Assembly: GCA_043812795.1 (NCBI GenBank) | Contig: JBDRLU010000038.1 | Span: 2,129-66,128 of the forward strand | DNA: 64,000 nucleotides | Reading direction: 5' to 3' | DNA from: Chloroflexota bacterium | Lineage (GTDB): Bacteria; Chloroflexota; Dehalococcoidia; Dehalococcoidales; UBA2162 | Shown: one piece after another, positions 9,396 to 18,998 of the stretch | Layout of the letters: each line of letters opens with the position of its first letter | Numbering within the stretch: position 1 is the first letter of the stretch | Notes under the pieces: model-generated | Told to the model about the DNA's origin: nothing | Seen by the model: the letters and a program-made list of their open reading frames with translations, nothing else | Databases searched by the model: none | Program-made: the position numbers and the translations under genes

Positions 9396-10409
9396 CTAGG
9401 CGAAACTCTGGCTTACCTTAATTAGCTGCTCTAACCTGGCTAAAGCCCGGCCGCTTTCAATAGATTCTCTGGCTAAACTTATGCCTTGTTTCAGCGATGA
9501 CGCCTTGTCGCCGGCGACCAGCGCTGCCGCCGCGTTCATCAAGACCACATTCCGTCGCGGGCCGTCGGTGCCGGACAGGATGCTACGCAGTATAGCGGCA
9601 TTTTCCTGGGCCGTGCCACCCCGCAGGCTCTCGATATCAGCCCGGGACAGGCCGCAGTCCTCCGGGCTAACCGAATAGCTCTTGATATGGCCGTCTTTAA
9701 CTTCACAGACCTGCGTTTTGCCGGTAATGGTGATTTCGTCCAGGTTATCTTCACCGTGAACGACGAGAGCGTGGTGGCAGCCGAGGTTCTGTAATGCCTT
9801 GGCGAGTTTTTCGACCAGTGCGCCATCGGCCACGCCGAGCAACTGGGATTTAGCCCCCGCCGGATTGGTCAGCGGGCCAAGGATATTGAATACCGTCCTG
9901 ATGCCGATTTCACGGCGCGGCCCGCCGGCATATTTCATCGCCGGATGGAAGGACTGGGCAAACATGAAACCGATACCGGCTTCATCCAAACACTGGCTTA
10001 CTTGTTCCGGGGTAAGGTCGAGCTTGACGCCGAGGGCTTCCAGCACGTCGGCGCTGCCGCACTGGCTACTCATCGCCCGGTTGCCGTGCTTGGCGACCTT
10101 TAGTCCGCCGCCAGCGACAACGAACGCGGCCGTGGTGGAGATATTGAAGGTGGCCGAGCCGTCACCGCCGGTGCCGCAGGTATCCACCAGCGGCCCGTCA
10201 ACCTTCACGGCCAAGGCTTTGGCTCTCATCGTCTTGGCCAGGCCGGCAATTTCCTCGACGGTCTCCCCTTTAAGACGGAGGGCAGTGACGAAGGCACCAA
10301 ACTGGGCGGGGGTGACCTGCCCCTCCATGATTTCATCCATCACCGTCGCCGCTTCGTCCATGGTCAGCGACTGTCCCGCGACTACTTTTTGGATAGCTTC
10401 TTTAATCAT
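9396..10409 (-). CDS. trpD: Anthranilate phosphoribosyltransferase
   Basis: DTCGTGGDG, FNIST, KHGNRAMSSQCGSAD, RTVFNILGPLTNP. Confidence 0.98.
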   Translation of the reverse strand: MIKEAIQKVVAGQSLTMDEAATVMDEIMEGQVTPAQFGAFVTALRLKGETVEEIAGLAKTMRAKALAVKVDGPLVDTCGTGGDGSATFNISTTAAFVVAGGGLKVAKHGNRAMSSQCGSADVLEALGVKLDLTPEQVSQCLDEAGIGFMFAQSFHPAMKYAGGPRREIGIRTVFNILGPLTNPAGAKSQLLGVADGALVEKLAKALQNLGCHHALVVHGEDNLDEITITGKTQVCEVKDGHIKSYSVSPEDCGLSRADIESLRGGTAQENAAILRSILSGTDGPRRNVVLMNAAAALVAGDKASSLKQGISLARESIESGRALARLEQLIKVSQSFA

Positions 10410-10980
10410 TTTGGTTTACTCCCTCAAGAAAATTCCTTAATAAGTCCTTCCCCACTTCCGTCATAAAAGATTCAGGGTGGAACTGGATGCCTTCGATGGG
10501 GTATTGCTTGTGTTTTATGCCCATGATTTCACCATCGTCCGTCCAGGCGGTCACTTCGAGGCAATCAGGCAAGCTTTTGCGCTCGACGATAAGCGAATGA
10601 TAGCGGATGGCCGAGAAAGGATTGGCCAGTCCGCCCAGCACGCCCTTCCCCTCGTGATGGATAAACGACGACTTACCGTGCATTATCTGCTTCGCCCGGG
10701 TGATGGTCGCCCCATAGCTATAGCCGATGCACTCATGCCCTAGGCAAACGCCGAGGATGGGCAACTTCGGACCGAAATGTTTGATTATCTCATTGGAAAT
10801 ACCGGCTTTTTGCGGTACCGACGGCCCGGGGGAAACGACTATTTTCTCCGGCTTCATCTTCTCGATATCGGCGATGGTGGTCTGGTCGTTGCGTACCACC
10901 ACCACCTCGGCACCGAGCTCGCTCAAATACTGGAAGAGGTTGTAGGTAAAGCTATCGTAGTTATCAATGAGTAACAGCAT
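10402..10980 (-). CDS. trpG: Anthranilate synthase component II (glutamine amidotransferase)
   Basis: IDNYDSFTYNL, SPGP, LGVCLGH, RYHSL, QFHPES. Confidence 0.96.
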   Translation of the reverse strand: MLLLIDNYDSFTYNLFQYLSELGAEVVVVRNDQTTIADIEKMKPEKIVVSPGPSVPQKAGISNEIIKHFGPKLPILGVCLGHECIGYSYGATITRAKQIMHGKSSFIHHEGKGVLGGLANPFSAIRYHSLIVERKSLPDCLEVTAWTDDGEIMGIKHKQYPIEGIQFHPESFMTEVGKDLLRNFLEGVNQND

Positions 10981-12436
10981 CTTTCCGCTCCATGGATAAA
11001 TCCGAATTTTCCGCCTGGCTGATGGCCTTGAGCAATGCCCGCGCCTTGTTCATCGTTTCCTCGAACTCTCGTTCGGGTACGCTATCATAGACGATGCCGC
11101 CGCCTGCCTGCACGTAGGCCGTGCCTTTAGTCAGCACCATCGTCCTGATGGCGATGGCCATGTCCATATTGCCGGAGAAAGAGAAATAGCCGGCAGCCCC
11201 GGCATACGGCCCTCTTTTTTCCGGCTCGAGCTCGGCGATTATCTCCATCGCCCGGATTTTGGGTGCCCCGGAGACCGTACCCGCCGGGAAGCAGGCCTGC
11301 AACGCCTCGAAGGCGGTCATGTCCTTGCGCAGCTTGCCCTGGACGTTAGTGACCAAGTGCATGACGTGTGAATACTTCTCGACATCCATCAGCTCGCTGA
11401 CTTTTACCGTGCCCGGCTCGCTCACCCGCCCGATGTCGTTGCGTCCCAGGTCCACCAGCATGATATGTTCGGCACGTTCTTTTTCATCGCTGCGCAGCTC
11501 TTTCTCCAGCCGGTCGTCCTCCTCCGGAGTCTGTCCCCGCGGCCTTGTCCCCGCCAGAGGGCGGGTGGTAACGATACCATCTTCGACACGCACCAGAATC
11601 TCCGGCGAAGCCCCGATAAGATAGAAGTCGCCGAAGTCTAAGTAGAACATATAAGGGGAGGGATTTATCGTCCTCAGGGCACGGTAGATTTCGAAGGGAG
11701 GGGCGCTGGTCGGCTGGGAGAGACGTTGCGACGGTACTACCTGGATGGCTTCGCCGGCGGTGATGTATTCCTTGATTTTACGCACGCAGGCCTCGAAATC
11801 GGGCCGGGTGAAGTTAGAAGAGAGCTTGCCGTTGTTGACCGGACGCCCGTTAGCCCCCGCCTGGTGGCTTACCTTCAGCGGCTGGTTCAGCCGCTCAATC
11901 AGGTCGTCGATTTTGGCGACGGCTTTCTGGTAATCCGCCTCGATATCGCCGTCGAGGTGGGCGTGGCTGACGACTTTTATCTTATGGGTGATATGGTCGA
12001 AGACGAGGGCGGTATCGACGAGCATGAAGGACGACTCCGGCAGTCCCAGCGGGTCTTTTTCCGGCGACGGCAATCTCTCGAAGCGGGTCACTGTCTCGTA
12101 GCTCAGGTAGCCGACGGCCCCGCCGCAGAATTTAGGCAGTCCGGCCACCGGCACCGGTTTGTATTTGTTCAATTCCTTGGCTACAATAGGCAGCGGATTG
12201 ACTTTGTCCTTGCCCGTGGTGGTCAGCACCTTATATGGCTCGGTGCCGATGAAGCTGTAGCGGCCCAGTCGCTCGCCGCCCTCGACGCTTTCCAGCAGGA
12301 AAGAATGGCCGCCGCGGTGAATCTTGAGGAAGGCCGAGACCGGCGTCTCCAGGTCGGCCACAATCTCGCGGTAGATGGGCACCAGGTTGCCCGCTTTACT
12401 CAGTTTCTTCACTTCTTCCAAGCTCGGATAGTACAT
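10964..12436 (-). CDS. trpE: Anthranilate synthase component I
   Basis: LLESVEGGERLGRYSF, NPSPYMF, ASPE, PLAGTRPRG, EHIMLVDLGRND, AGTVSGAPK, AGGGIVYDS. Confidence 0.98.
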   Translation of the reverse strand: MYYPSLEEVKKLSKAGNLVPIYREIVADLETPVSAFLKIHRGGHSFLLESVEGGERLGRYSFIGTEPYKVLTTTGKDKVNPLPIVAKELNKYKPVPVAGLPKFCGGAVGYLSYETVTRFERLPSPEKDPLGLPESSFMLVDTALVFDHITHKIKVVSHAHLDGDIEADYQKAVAKIDDLIERLNQPLKVSHQAGANGRPVNNGKLSSNFTRPDFEACVRKIKEYITAGEAIQVVPSQRLSQPTSAPPFEIYRALRTINPSPYMFYLDFGDFYLIGASPEILVRVEDGIVTTRPLAGTRPRGQTPEEDDRLEKELRSDEKERAEHIMLVDLGRNDIGRVSEPGTVKVSELMDVEKYSHVMHLVTNVQGKLRKDMTAFEALQACFPAGTVSGAPKIRAMEIIAELEPEKRGPYAGAAGYFSFSGNMDMAIAIRTMVLTKGTAYVQAGGGIVYDSVPEREFEETMNKARALLKAISQAENSDLSMERKDAVTH

Positions 12437-12451
12437 AAAAACCTCCGCAAA

Positions 12452-12730
12452 ACAAAAAGACCTTCGCCACAGGGGCGAAAGGTCTTTCGCGGTGCCACCC
12501 TATTTGTCCTTCAAAAATAGAAGGACATCTCTTTTCAGGTACGGCCCTTCGGTGAAGGACGATACCCTGGGCTTGCTAACGGTGCCCGTTCCGGCTCGGC
12601 TTACCGGGGATAAACAATCCCTTTCGGCTTGCGGCTCCCGAGTCCATTCTGCCCTTACGTAAGCACCGGCTCACACCTTACCCGGCTCTCTGAGCTTCGC
12701 TGGGGGCATACTAGTCTCGTTCCCAGCCTT
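12452..12730 (-). ncRNA. Trp T-box riboswitch with intrinsic terminator
   Basis: On the minus strand: AGAGAG and GGTGTGA stem-I motifs, specifier GAA-TGG-A (Trp codon at 12646-12644), T-box AAATAGGGTGGCACCGCG (12505-12488), terminator AAAGACCTTTCGCCCCTGTGGCGAAGGTCTTTTT. Confidence 0.95.
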
Positions 12731-12749
12731 TAGTTATTTAATTAATATG

Positions 12750-12779
12750 AGTATAGAGGGGTAATCAGGGGTTTGTCAA
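12750..12779 (-). promoter_or_regulatory. Sigma70-type promoter of the trp operon
   Basis: TTGACA-18 nt-TATACT just upstream of the T-box. Confidence 0.8.
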
Positions 12780-12900
12780 GTTTGAGTACAAAGCCAACTT
12801 AAGTCAAAAGAAAGACATTTGAGATTAATATGCCGAACTCGTAATTCTTATTATGATATACTGTTATTAAATTTGATTTCGGTGTTGCAGGGAGGCGGGT

Positions 12901-13722
12901 ATGCAGCGTATTAATGGGTATAGCTTCTACCAATTAGGGAATTATCTCAGGCCATTAGAGAATGTAAGAGCGGGAGTTACATTAAGACAAGTAGCTACCG
13001 AGGTATGGGTGGCACGTTTATGGCTTGATTGGTTTTTATCTGGTTCCATTGTTCCAGTCAGTTTTTCAATAGCCTCTGGCCTTGCCCTCTCAAATAGTTT
13101 GAAACGTCTAGTACCTGAAACGGTGCAAGAGTTACCACAGGAAAAACTCAATGCTAAGATAAATCAAACAGATGCTTACAGTATCTCAAACAGTCTTAGA
13201 GCATTTCAGACAGTACTGAACACTGAACTCGCTCGAAGTGATACGTATTATATTTCTAGACAAGGCATCTATTCAACACCTGATCTGATCGAGCACGCGG
13301 AGGATGCTCTTCCTCCTGATGTAACAGAGGTACTTCCTGACGCGGTAAAGTTGGATATTCAACAGGCGGGCAGGTGTTTGGCATTTGGGTTATCGACTGC
13401 TGCTGGGTTCCACATAATGCGGGCTGTCGAGGGTGTTATGCTAGACTATTGTGTCACATTCATAGGCCAGAAACCAAAACGCAAAGATTGGGGTAGTTGT
13501 ATCGAAGAGCTTAAAAAGACGGATGCTGACAAAAAAGTTCTTGCTGTTCTTGATCAACTACGCTCGCTACACCGTAACCCCACGATGCATCCGGATGAAG
13601 TGCTCTCTAATAATCAAGCGCTTACTCTGTTTGGAATTGCTCAAAGTGCTATTATTGCTATGATAGAAGACCAGAAACAATATTCACGTCCAGGGCCGGA
13701 AGTTGCGCAACAAAAATCTTAA
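12901..13722 (+). CDS. Hypothetical protein with C-terminal HEPN-like domain (RxxxxH)
   Basis: GGAGG SD; AT-richer ORF; C-terminal AGRCLAFGLSTAAGFHIMRAVE ... LDQLRSLHRNPTMHP. Confidence 0.7.
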   Translation: MQRINGYSFYQLGNYLRPLENVRAGVTLRQVATEVWVARLWLDWFLSGSIVPVSFSIASGLALSNSLKRLVPETVQELPQEKLNAKINQTDAYSISNSLRAFQTVLNTELARSDTYYISRQGIYSTPDLIEHAEDALPPDVTEVLPDAVKLDIQQAGRCLAFGLSTAAGFHIMRAVEGVMLDYCVTFIGQKPKRKDWGSCIEELKKTDADKKVLAVLDQLRSLHRNPTMHPDEVLSNNQALTLFGIAQSAIIAMIEDQKQYSRPGPEVAQQKS

Positions 13723-13725
13723 TTT

Positions 13726-14607
13726 TCACATTACAGAAAACACCTTCTCCGGTTGCCAGGTTCCCTTTTCAGGGTCAAACTTCAACACGGCTAGGAAGTG
13801 GCCCTCGTTGTCGAAGGCACGGCAGCGATTGCCGGTAATGTTCTCTAAAGACAGGGTTTGTCCGTATTTGATAGCCTTAGCGGTATCTTCATCAACGGTC
13901 ACTCCGGGCAGGTCAGAGAGCACACTATCTATCGGGTAGATGAAATGCTGCCAGTCACCGTTCTTCACGGCCTCTTCCAGTTGGGTAGGCATGACGGCGT
14001 CCTTAATATCAAACGGGCCGTACTTCAGGCGGACAAGGCTTTTTAAACTGGCCCCACAGCCCAGCGTCTGCCCCACATCATGGGCCAGCGAGCGGATATA
14101 AGTGCCTTTGCCGCAGGTTACTTCGATAGTAGCCAGCGGTAGCTGCCAGTCAGTCAGTTTCAGGTCGTGGATTTCGGCTAATCTCTTTTTCCGCTCGACG
14201 GTGATGCCGGCCCGGGCCAGTTCATAGAGCGGCTTGCCCTGGTGTTTGACGGCACTGTACATCGGCGGTGTCTGCTCGATGACTCCTCGAAAAGAGGCGA
14301 GGGCGGATTCCAGTTGCGGCTGGCTAATCTGAGAAGCGTCGGCTCTTTGCGTCACCTTGCCGTCGGCATCATAGCTATCGGTGGTGACGCCGAGTTCGAT
14401 TTCCGCGCGGTAGGTCTTGGCGGCATCGTGCAGGTATTCGACCACGCGGGTCGCCCGCCCGAGGCAGACTGGCAAAACGCCGGTGGCCGCCGGGTCGAGA
14501 GTGCCGGCGTGCCCGACGTGTTTTTCCCCGGTCAGTCTTTTCACCACGGCCACGATAGCAAAAGAAGTTTTCCCGGCAGGTTTATTGATATTGAGTATTC
14601 CGTCCAT
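13726..14607 (-). CDS. truB: tRNA pseudouridine(55) synthase
   Basis: VGHAGTLDPAATGVL, QTPPMYSAVK, CGKGTYIRSLAHD. Confidence 0.98.
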   Translation of the reverse strand: MDGILNINKPAGKTSFAIVAVVKRLTGEKHVGHAGTLDPAATGVLPVCLGRATRVVEYLHDAAKTYRAEIELGVTTDSYDADGKVTQRADASQISQPQLESALASFRGVIEQTPPMYSAVKHQGKPLYELARAGITVERKKRLAEIHDLKLTDWQLPLATIEVTCGKGTYIRSLAHDVGQTLGCGASLKSLVRLKYGPFDIKDAVMPTQLEEAVKNGDWQHFIYPIDSVLSDLPGVTVDEDTAKAIKYGQTLSLENITGNRCRAFDNEGHFLAVLKFDPEKGTWQPEKVFSVM

Positions 14608-14617
14608 AGTCCGTGCA

Positions 14618-14695
14618 CCCTATCCCTTAATCCCTTCCCCTCAAGGGGAAGGGATAATTGTTTTAAAAGAGGGCTGACGCCCTCTTAAACACCTC
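14618..14695. repeat. Purine/pyrimidine-rich palindromic repeat (CCCTTCCCC..GGGGAAGGG family)
   Basis: CCCTATCCCTTAATCCCTTCCCCTCAAGGGGAAGGGA ... AAGAGGGCTGACGCCCTCTTAAACACC. Confidence 0.8.
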
Positions 14696-14844
14696 ATTTA
14701 CTCTATATGTGCTCTTAACAATTGGATGAGGACAACAAAAAGGGCCAACACTTACTTTATCATATCAGGGGAAAAACAGGGGAAGAGGGGCAAGGTTCAA
14801 ATATAAAAGGAATGTCACCATTGGGGACAGAACCAGGGGTAAAA

Positions 14845-15204
14845 TTATTCTCTGGCCGTCTCATCGGCGGTGATTTTATCGAGCAACTGCTCGATGCGGT
14901 TGCCCCGCTCGATGGAGTCGTCCCAGTGAAAGCTCAGCTCCGGGGTAGAACGCAGCTTCAGGCGCCCGGCGAGTTCTCTGCGGAAAAAGCCCGAAGCGGC
15001 AGTCAAGGCTTTCAGTGTATCTGCCTTTTCGGTGGAGCCGCCCAGAGAGCTGATAAATACCTTGGCGTATTTCAGGTCGGCGGAAGTAGTCACGCCGGTT
15101 ACAACCACGAAATTATTGAGCCGGGGGTCTTTGACCTGGCGCTGGAGTAATTTGCTGATTTCCTCACGGATGAGGCTGTTCACCCGCTCGATGCGATGTG
15201 ACAT
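14845..15204 (-). CDS. rbfA: Ribosome-binding factor A
   Basis: MSHRIERVNSLIREEIS...KDPRL...ADLKYAKVF...LRSTPELSFHWDDSIE; start ATG 15204 after AGGAGG. Confidence 0.97.
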   Translation of the reverse strand: MSHRIERVNSLIREEISKLLQRQVKDPRLNNFVVVTGVTTSADLKYAKVFISSLGGSTEKADTLKALTAASGFFRRELAGRLKLRSTPELSFHWDDSIERGNRIEQLLDKITADETARE

Positions 15205-15214
15205 AGTTGTCCTC

Positions 15215-17065
15215 CTAGACAGTTTCTTCGATGCGATAGAATTCCAGTATGTCACCCACCTGGAAATCATTAAAGTCCTTGAGGACGACACCGGCCTCGT
15301 AGCCGGTGAGCACTTCCTTCACGTCATCCTTGAAACGACGCAGACCGATAATAGGCGCGTCAACCACGACTTTCTTTAACCGCAGCACTCTCACCGAATC
15401 GTCGCGGCTCGCTTTACCGTCGGTTACATAAATACCGGCGGCCTTAGCTTTCTTCAGTGCCGGGAAAACAGCCCGGACCTCGGCATGGCCCTGGACAACT
15501 TCAACCTTGGCCGGCTTGAGCATACCTTTGAGAGCTTTGCCGACGTCATCGACCAGATTGTAGATTACGTTGTAGTAGCGGATGCTGATGCCTTCCAGGT
15601 CGGCCAGGCGCTTCGCCCCTAGCTCGGCATTGGTACTGAAACCGACTACGATAGCTTTGGAAGCAATGGCCAGCAGGATATCGCTCTCGGCAATATTGCC
15701 GCTGCCGCTGTGAATGACTCTCACCTTAATTTCGTCGGTGCTCAGTTGCTCCAGGGAATTCCTGATTGGCTCGATGCTCCCCTGAACATCGGTCTTAAGG
15801 ACAACATTAAGCTCTTTCACCTGTCCCGTGTTGACCTGCTCGAGCAGGTTGGTCAGAGTGACCGGCTTGGGCTTGGCCATGGCCTGCTGGGTTTCGGCAT
15901 GACGCCGTTCAATCAGTGATTTGGCCTGCGCCTCTCCGGTGACGACGGTCAGAGTATCGCCGACCTGCGGCACGCTGCCCAGTCCGAGGACAACTGCCGG
16001 AGTGGCCGGACCGGCTCGCCTTATCTGCTTACCATCGGAACCGAACATAGCTTTTAATTTGCCCCACGTATCCCCGACGACGATAATATCGCCCACACGG
16101 AGGGTGCCATCGTGAATCAGCACGGTGGCTAACGGCCCCTTGGTCTTATCCATTTCGGCCTCAACTACCGTGCCGACGGCCGGTTTGTTGGGGTCGGCCC
16201 TAAGTTCTTCCATTTCAGCCACCAGCAGCAGGTTCTCCAGTAATTGAGGGATACCCTGGTTCTCGCGGGCGGAAACAGGCACGGCAATGGTATCGCCACC
16301 CCAGTCTTCCGCAACCAGACCGACCTCAGCTAACTGCTGCTTCACTCTATCGGGATTGGCATCGTCCTTATCGATTTTATTGATGGCCACGACGATAGGC
16401 ACGCCGGCGGCCCGGGCATGGTTTATTGCTTCGATAGTCTGGGGCATAACACCGTCATCCGCCGCCACTACCAGAACGGCGATATCCGTCACCTGTGCCC
16501 CGCGGGCACGCATGGCCGTAAAGGCCTCATGGCCCGGAGTATCAAGGAAAGTAATTTTTTGTCCGTTAATTTCTATCTGATAAGCGCCGATGTGCTGGGT
16601 GATGCCGCCGGCTTCGGTGGCAACCACATTAGTCTTACGGATGGCATCAAGCAACTTGGTCTTGCCGTGGTCGACGTGCCCCATAACGGTAATGACCGGC
16701 GGTCGTGGTTTAAGACCGCTGGCTTCTTTACCGACGGCCAGATGCTGTTGTTTTTTGATTTCCCGGATGACGCTGGCCGATTTACTTACCGCCTGCGCTT
16801 TAGGGTGGGGTTCAAAATCCAGAGCAACGGCGACTTTGGCCGCCGCTTCATAATCAATGGACTGGGTGATGTTGGCCATAATGCCATTCCGCATCAATTG
16901 CTTGATGATTTCGATGGCACTGACCTGGAGGAGTTCGGCCAGTTCTTTGACATTCAAGCTGGCCGGGATTTCGATGGGGCGCGTAGCTTCTGCCGGTGCC
17001 GGGGCGGCATTCGGCTCTTTACCCGTAGCCCCTAGTTTATTCTCACGTCCACTGGTTCTGGTCAC
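15215..17065 (-). CDS. infB: Translation initiation factor IF-2
   Basis: [44 protein letters not shown]. Confidence 0.99.
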   Translation of the reverse strand: MTRTSGRENKLGATGKEPNAAPAPAEATRPIEIPASLNVKELAELLQVSAIEIIKQLMRNGIMANITQSIDYEAAAKVAVALDFEPHPKAQAVSKSASVIREIKKQQHLAVGKEASGLKPRPPVITVMGHVDHGKTKLLDAIRKTNVVATEAGGITQHIGAYQIEINGQKITFLDTPGHEAFTAMRARGAQVTDIAVLVVAADDGVMPQTIEAINHARAAGVPIVVAINKIDKDDANPDRVKQQLAEVGLVAEDWGGDTIAVPVSARENQGIPQLLENLLLVAEMEELRADPNKPAVGTVVEAEMDKTKGPLATVLIHDGTLRVGDIIVVGDTWGKLKAMFGSDGKQIRRAGPATPAVVLGLGSVPQVGDTLTVVTGEAQAKSLIERRHAETQQAMAKPKPVTLTNLLEQVNTGQVKELNVVLKTDVQGSIEPIRNSLEQLSTDEIKVRVIHSGSGNIAESDILLAIASKAIVVGFSTNAELGAKRLADLEGISIRYYNVIYNLVDDVGKALKGMLKPAKVEVVQGHAEVRAVFPALKKAKAAGIYVTDGKASRDDSVRVLRLKKVVVDAPIIGLRRFKDDVKEVLTGYEAGVVLKDFNDFQVGDILEFYRIEETV

Positions 17066-17068
17066 TGA

Positions 17069-17368
17069 CTATTCTCCCAGGAGCGAATTCTTATCTTTGA
17101 CGAGGCGCTCTTTGTTCTCTTGGGTCACTGTAGTACGTAGTGCGTACTCGATGCGACCACCTTTCAAAGCTGCTTCCCAGCATTCCGGGGCGCGGCACAA
17201 GTAGGCGCCGCGTCCGGTCTTTTTACCGGCGGCATCAATCTGGATACTGCCATCGGCAGTACGTACCAGACGAATCAGCTCCCGCTTTGCCTTTACCTTG
17301 CGGCAGGCTACACACGTCCGCTGCGGTACATCCCGGGCGGGGCATGGGCTAAAACTCTTCCTCTTCAT
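17069..17368 (-). CDS. ylxR: YlxR/RnpM family RNA-binding protein
   Basis: PQRTCVACR...ELIRLVR...GRGAYLC; located between nusA and infB. Confidence 0.92.
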   Translation of the reverse strand: MKRKSFSPCPARDVPQRTCVACRKVKAKRELIRLVRTADGSIQIDAAGKKTGRGAYLCRAPECWEAALKGGRIEYALRTTVTQENKERLVKDKNSLLGE

Positions 17369-18758
17369 CTAAACCCAGGTCTTCTTTCCGGCGCTTTCTA
17401 AACTTGACGGCATCCTCGTCTTTAACGGGAACACCTTTCTTTTTCCGCTTCTTGGTCTGAGCTTGCGGCTTGGTCGGTCCGGCCATGCCGAGGTCTTCCG
17501 AAAAGCGCAGCCGGACGGCCGGTTGTTTCAGGGGTACCGGCGAAACAAGGACGGTTTCCGCGGGCAGCGGTTCGGCGACTGGTTCTGACGGAACTGGTTC
17601 CGGCTCAGTAGCCTCTTCGTCCAAAACCGGCTCGGCAATGGCCTCTTCTGTAGCTTCGGGTACGGCTTCAGCCACTTCTCCCCTCGCGGCTTCGGCCTCT
17701 GCCGCTCTGGCTGCTTTTTCAGCCTCGGCGGCCGTGGCGCTCTTGATATCAATACGCCACCCCGCAAGTTTAGCGGCCAACCTGACATTCTGCCCTTCTT
17801 TGCCAATGGCCAGCGAGAGCTGGCGGTCGGGGACAATCACCGTGGCGACCTGTTCTTCCTTATTCAGTTCCACGCTTATTATCTGGGCCGGGCTCAGCGC
17901 GTTGGCAATAAAGGTGGCCGTGTCCGGGCTCCAGGCAACAACATCTATTTTTTCGCCACTCAGTTCGTTAACAATATTTTGTATCCGGATGCCCCGCAGT
18001 CCAACACAACAACCGACCGGGTCGACACCTTCCTGGCGCGAGGCGACCGCGACTTTGCTTCGTGAACCGGCTTCGCGGGCAATCGATTTTATTTCAACCA
18101 CTCCACTGTAAATCTCCGGCACTTCTATCTCGAAGAGTCGCCGCAGTAAATTAGGGTGCGTACGCGAGACAAGTACCCTAGGCCCCTTGGGTGTGCGGGC
18201 TACTTCCAGCATGTAAACTCTGATCCGCTGGCCGACACGATATCTCTCATTCGGAATGCGCTCGGCAGCAGGCAATAGCGCTTCGGTACGGCCCAGGTCG
18301 ATGTAGGCTTGCCTCGGGTCAATGCGCTGGACGATACCCGTGGTAACATCGCCTTCCTTGCCGGCGTATTCTTCGATAATGGCACTATTTTCGGCTTCGT
18401 GCAGTCGCTGCAAAATAACCTGCTTCGCCGTCTGTGCCGCAATCCGTCCGGCGTTGGCCGGCGTGGCTTCGACCATCACGGCCTCACCGAGCTGTACCTC
18501 GGGTTTGATGCGGCGTGCTTCTTGAAGCGAAATTTCACGGCGAGTATCGGCCGGCTTTTCTACCACGGCTTTCTCGGCCCACACCTGGACCTTACCGGTA
18601 TTGGGACTAATCTTGACCGCAATATTCTGGTTAGCCGCAAAACTGTCTTTGCGGTAAGCGGATACCAGCGCTGCTTCGACGGCGCCAATGACCACTTCCT
18701 TCGGCAGGTTCTTTTCTGCCGAGAGCTGAGTGATCGCAATCAGAAAATCACTCTTCAT
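17349..18758 (-). CDS. nusA: Transcription termination/antitermination factor NusA
   Basis: GRIAAQTAKQVILQ, AREAGSRSKVAV, CVGLRGIRIQ, SLAIGKEGQNVRLAAKL. Confidence 0.99.
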   Translation of the reverse strand: MKSDFLIAITQLSAEKNLPKEVVIGAVEAALVSAYRKDSFAANQNIAVKISPNTGKVQVWAEKAVVEKPADTRREISLQEARRIKPEVQLGEAVMVEATPANAGRIAAQTAKQVILQRLHEAENSAIIEEYAGKEGDVTTGIVQRIDPRQAYIDLGRTEALLPAAERIPNERYRVGQRIRVYMLEVARTPKGPRVLVSRTHPNLLRRLFEIEVPEIYSGVVEIKSIAREAGSRSKVAVASRQEGVDPVGCCVGLRGIRIQNIVNELSGEKIDVVAWSPDTATFIANALSPAQIISVELNKEEQVATVIVPDRQLSLAIGKEGQNVRLAAKLAGWRIDIKSATAAEAEKAARAAEAEAARGEVAEAVPEATEEAIAEPVLDEEATEPEPVPSEPVAEPLPAETVLVSPVPLKQPAVRLRFSEDLGMAGPTKPQAQTKKRKKKGVPVKDEDAVKFRKRRKEDLGLDEEEEF

Positions 18759-18804
18759 CTCCGATTCGCCCCCAAATAACTATTAATCCCCATAATAACC
18801 CCAA

Positions 18805-18872
18805 TAAAACGAAAAGTGGGACTCAACCCACTTCGTATGACCAGTATATCATAGTAAAATTAGCGATGCAAG
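18805..18872 (-). promoter_or_regulatory. nusA promoter and leader hairpin (rimP-leader-like attenuator)
   Basis: TTGCAT-17-TATACT, followed by hairpin GAAGTGGG-TTGAGT-CCCACTTTTCGTTTT on the minus strand. Confidence 0.65.
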
Positions 18873-18998
18873 TTTCATCACCACGTTGCCCGCAGGCATG
18901 CCAGCAATATCGAAAACCAATGGATAACACGCAGAACCTAGTCTGGTAATCCCGATGATGATGGACTATAATATGAGTTACTGTAAAAGAAGGTCGGG

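Noticed and set aside
11726-12520. 264-aa plus-strand ORF
   Set aside because: Antisense to trpE and the T-box terminator; no recognisable motifs
14722-15150. 142-aa plus-strand ORF across the rbfA-truB spacer
   Set aside because: Mostly antisense to rbfA; no domain signal
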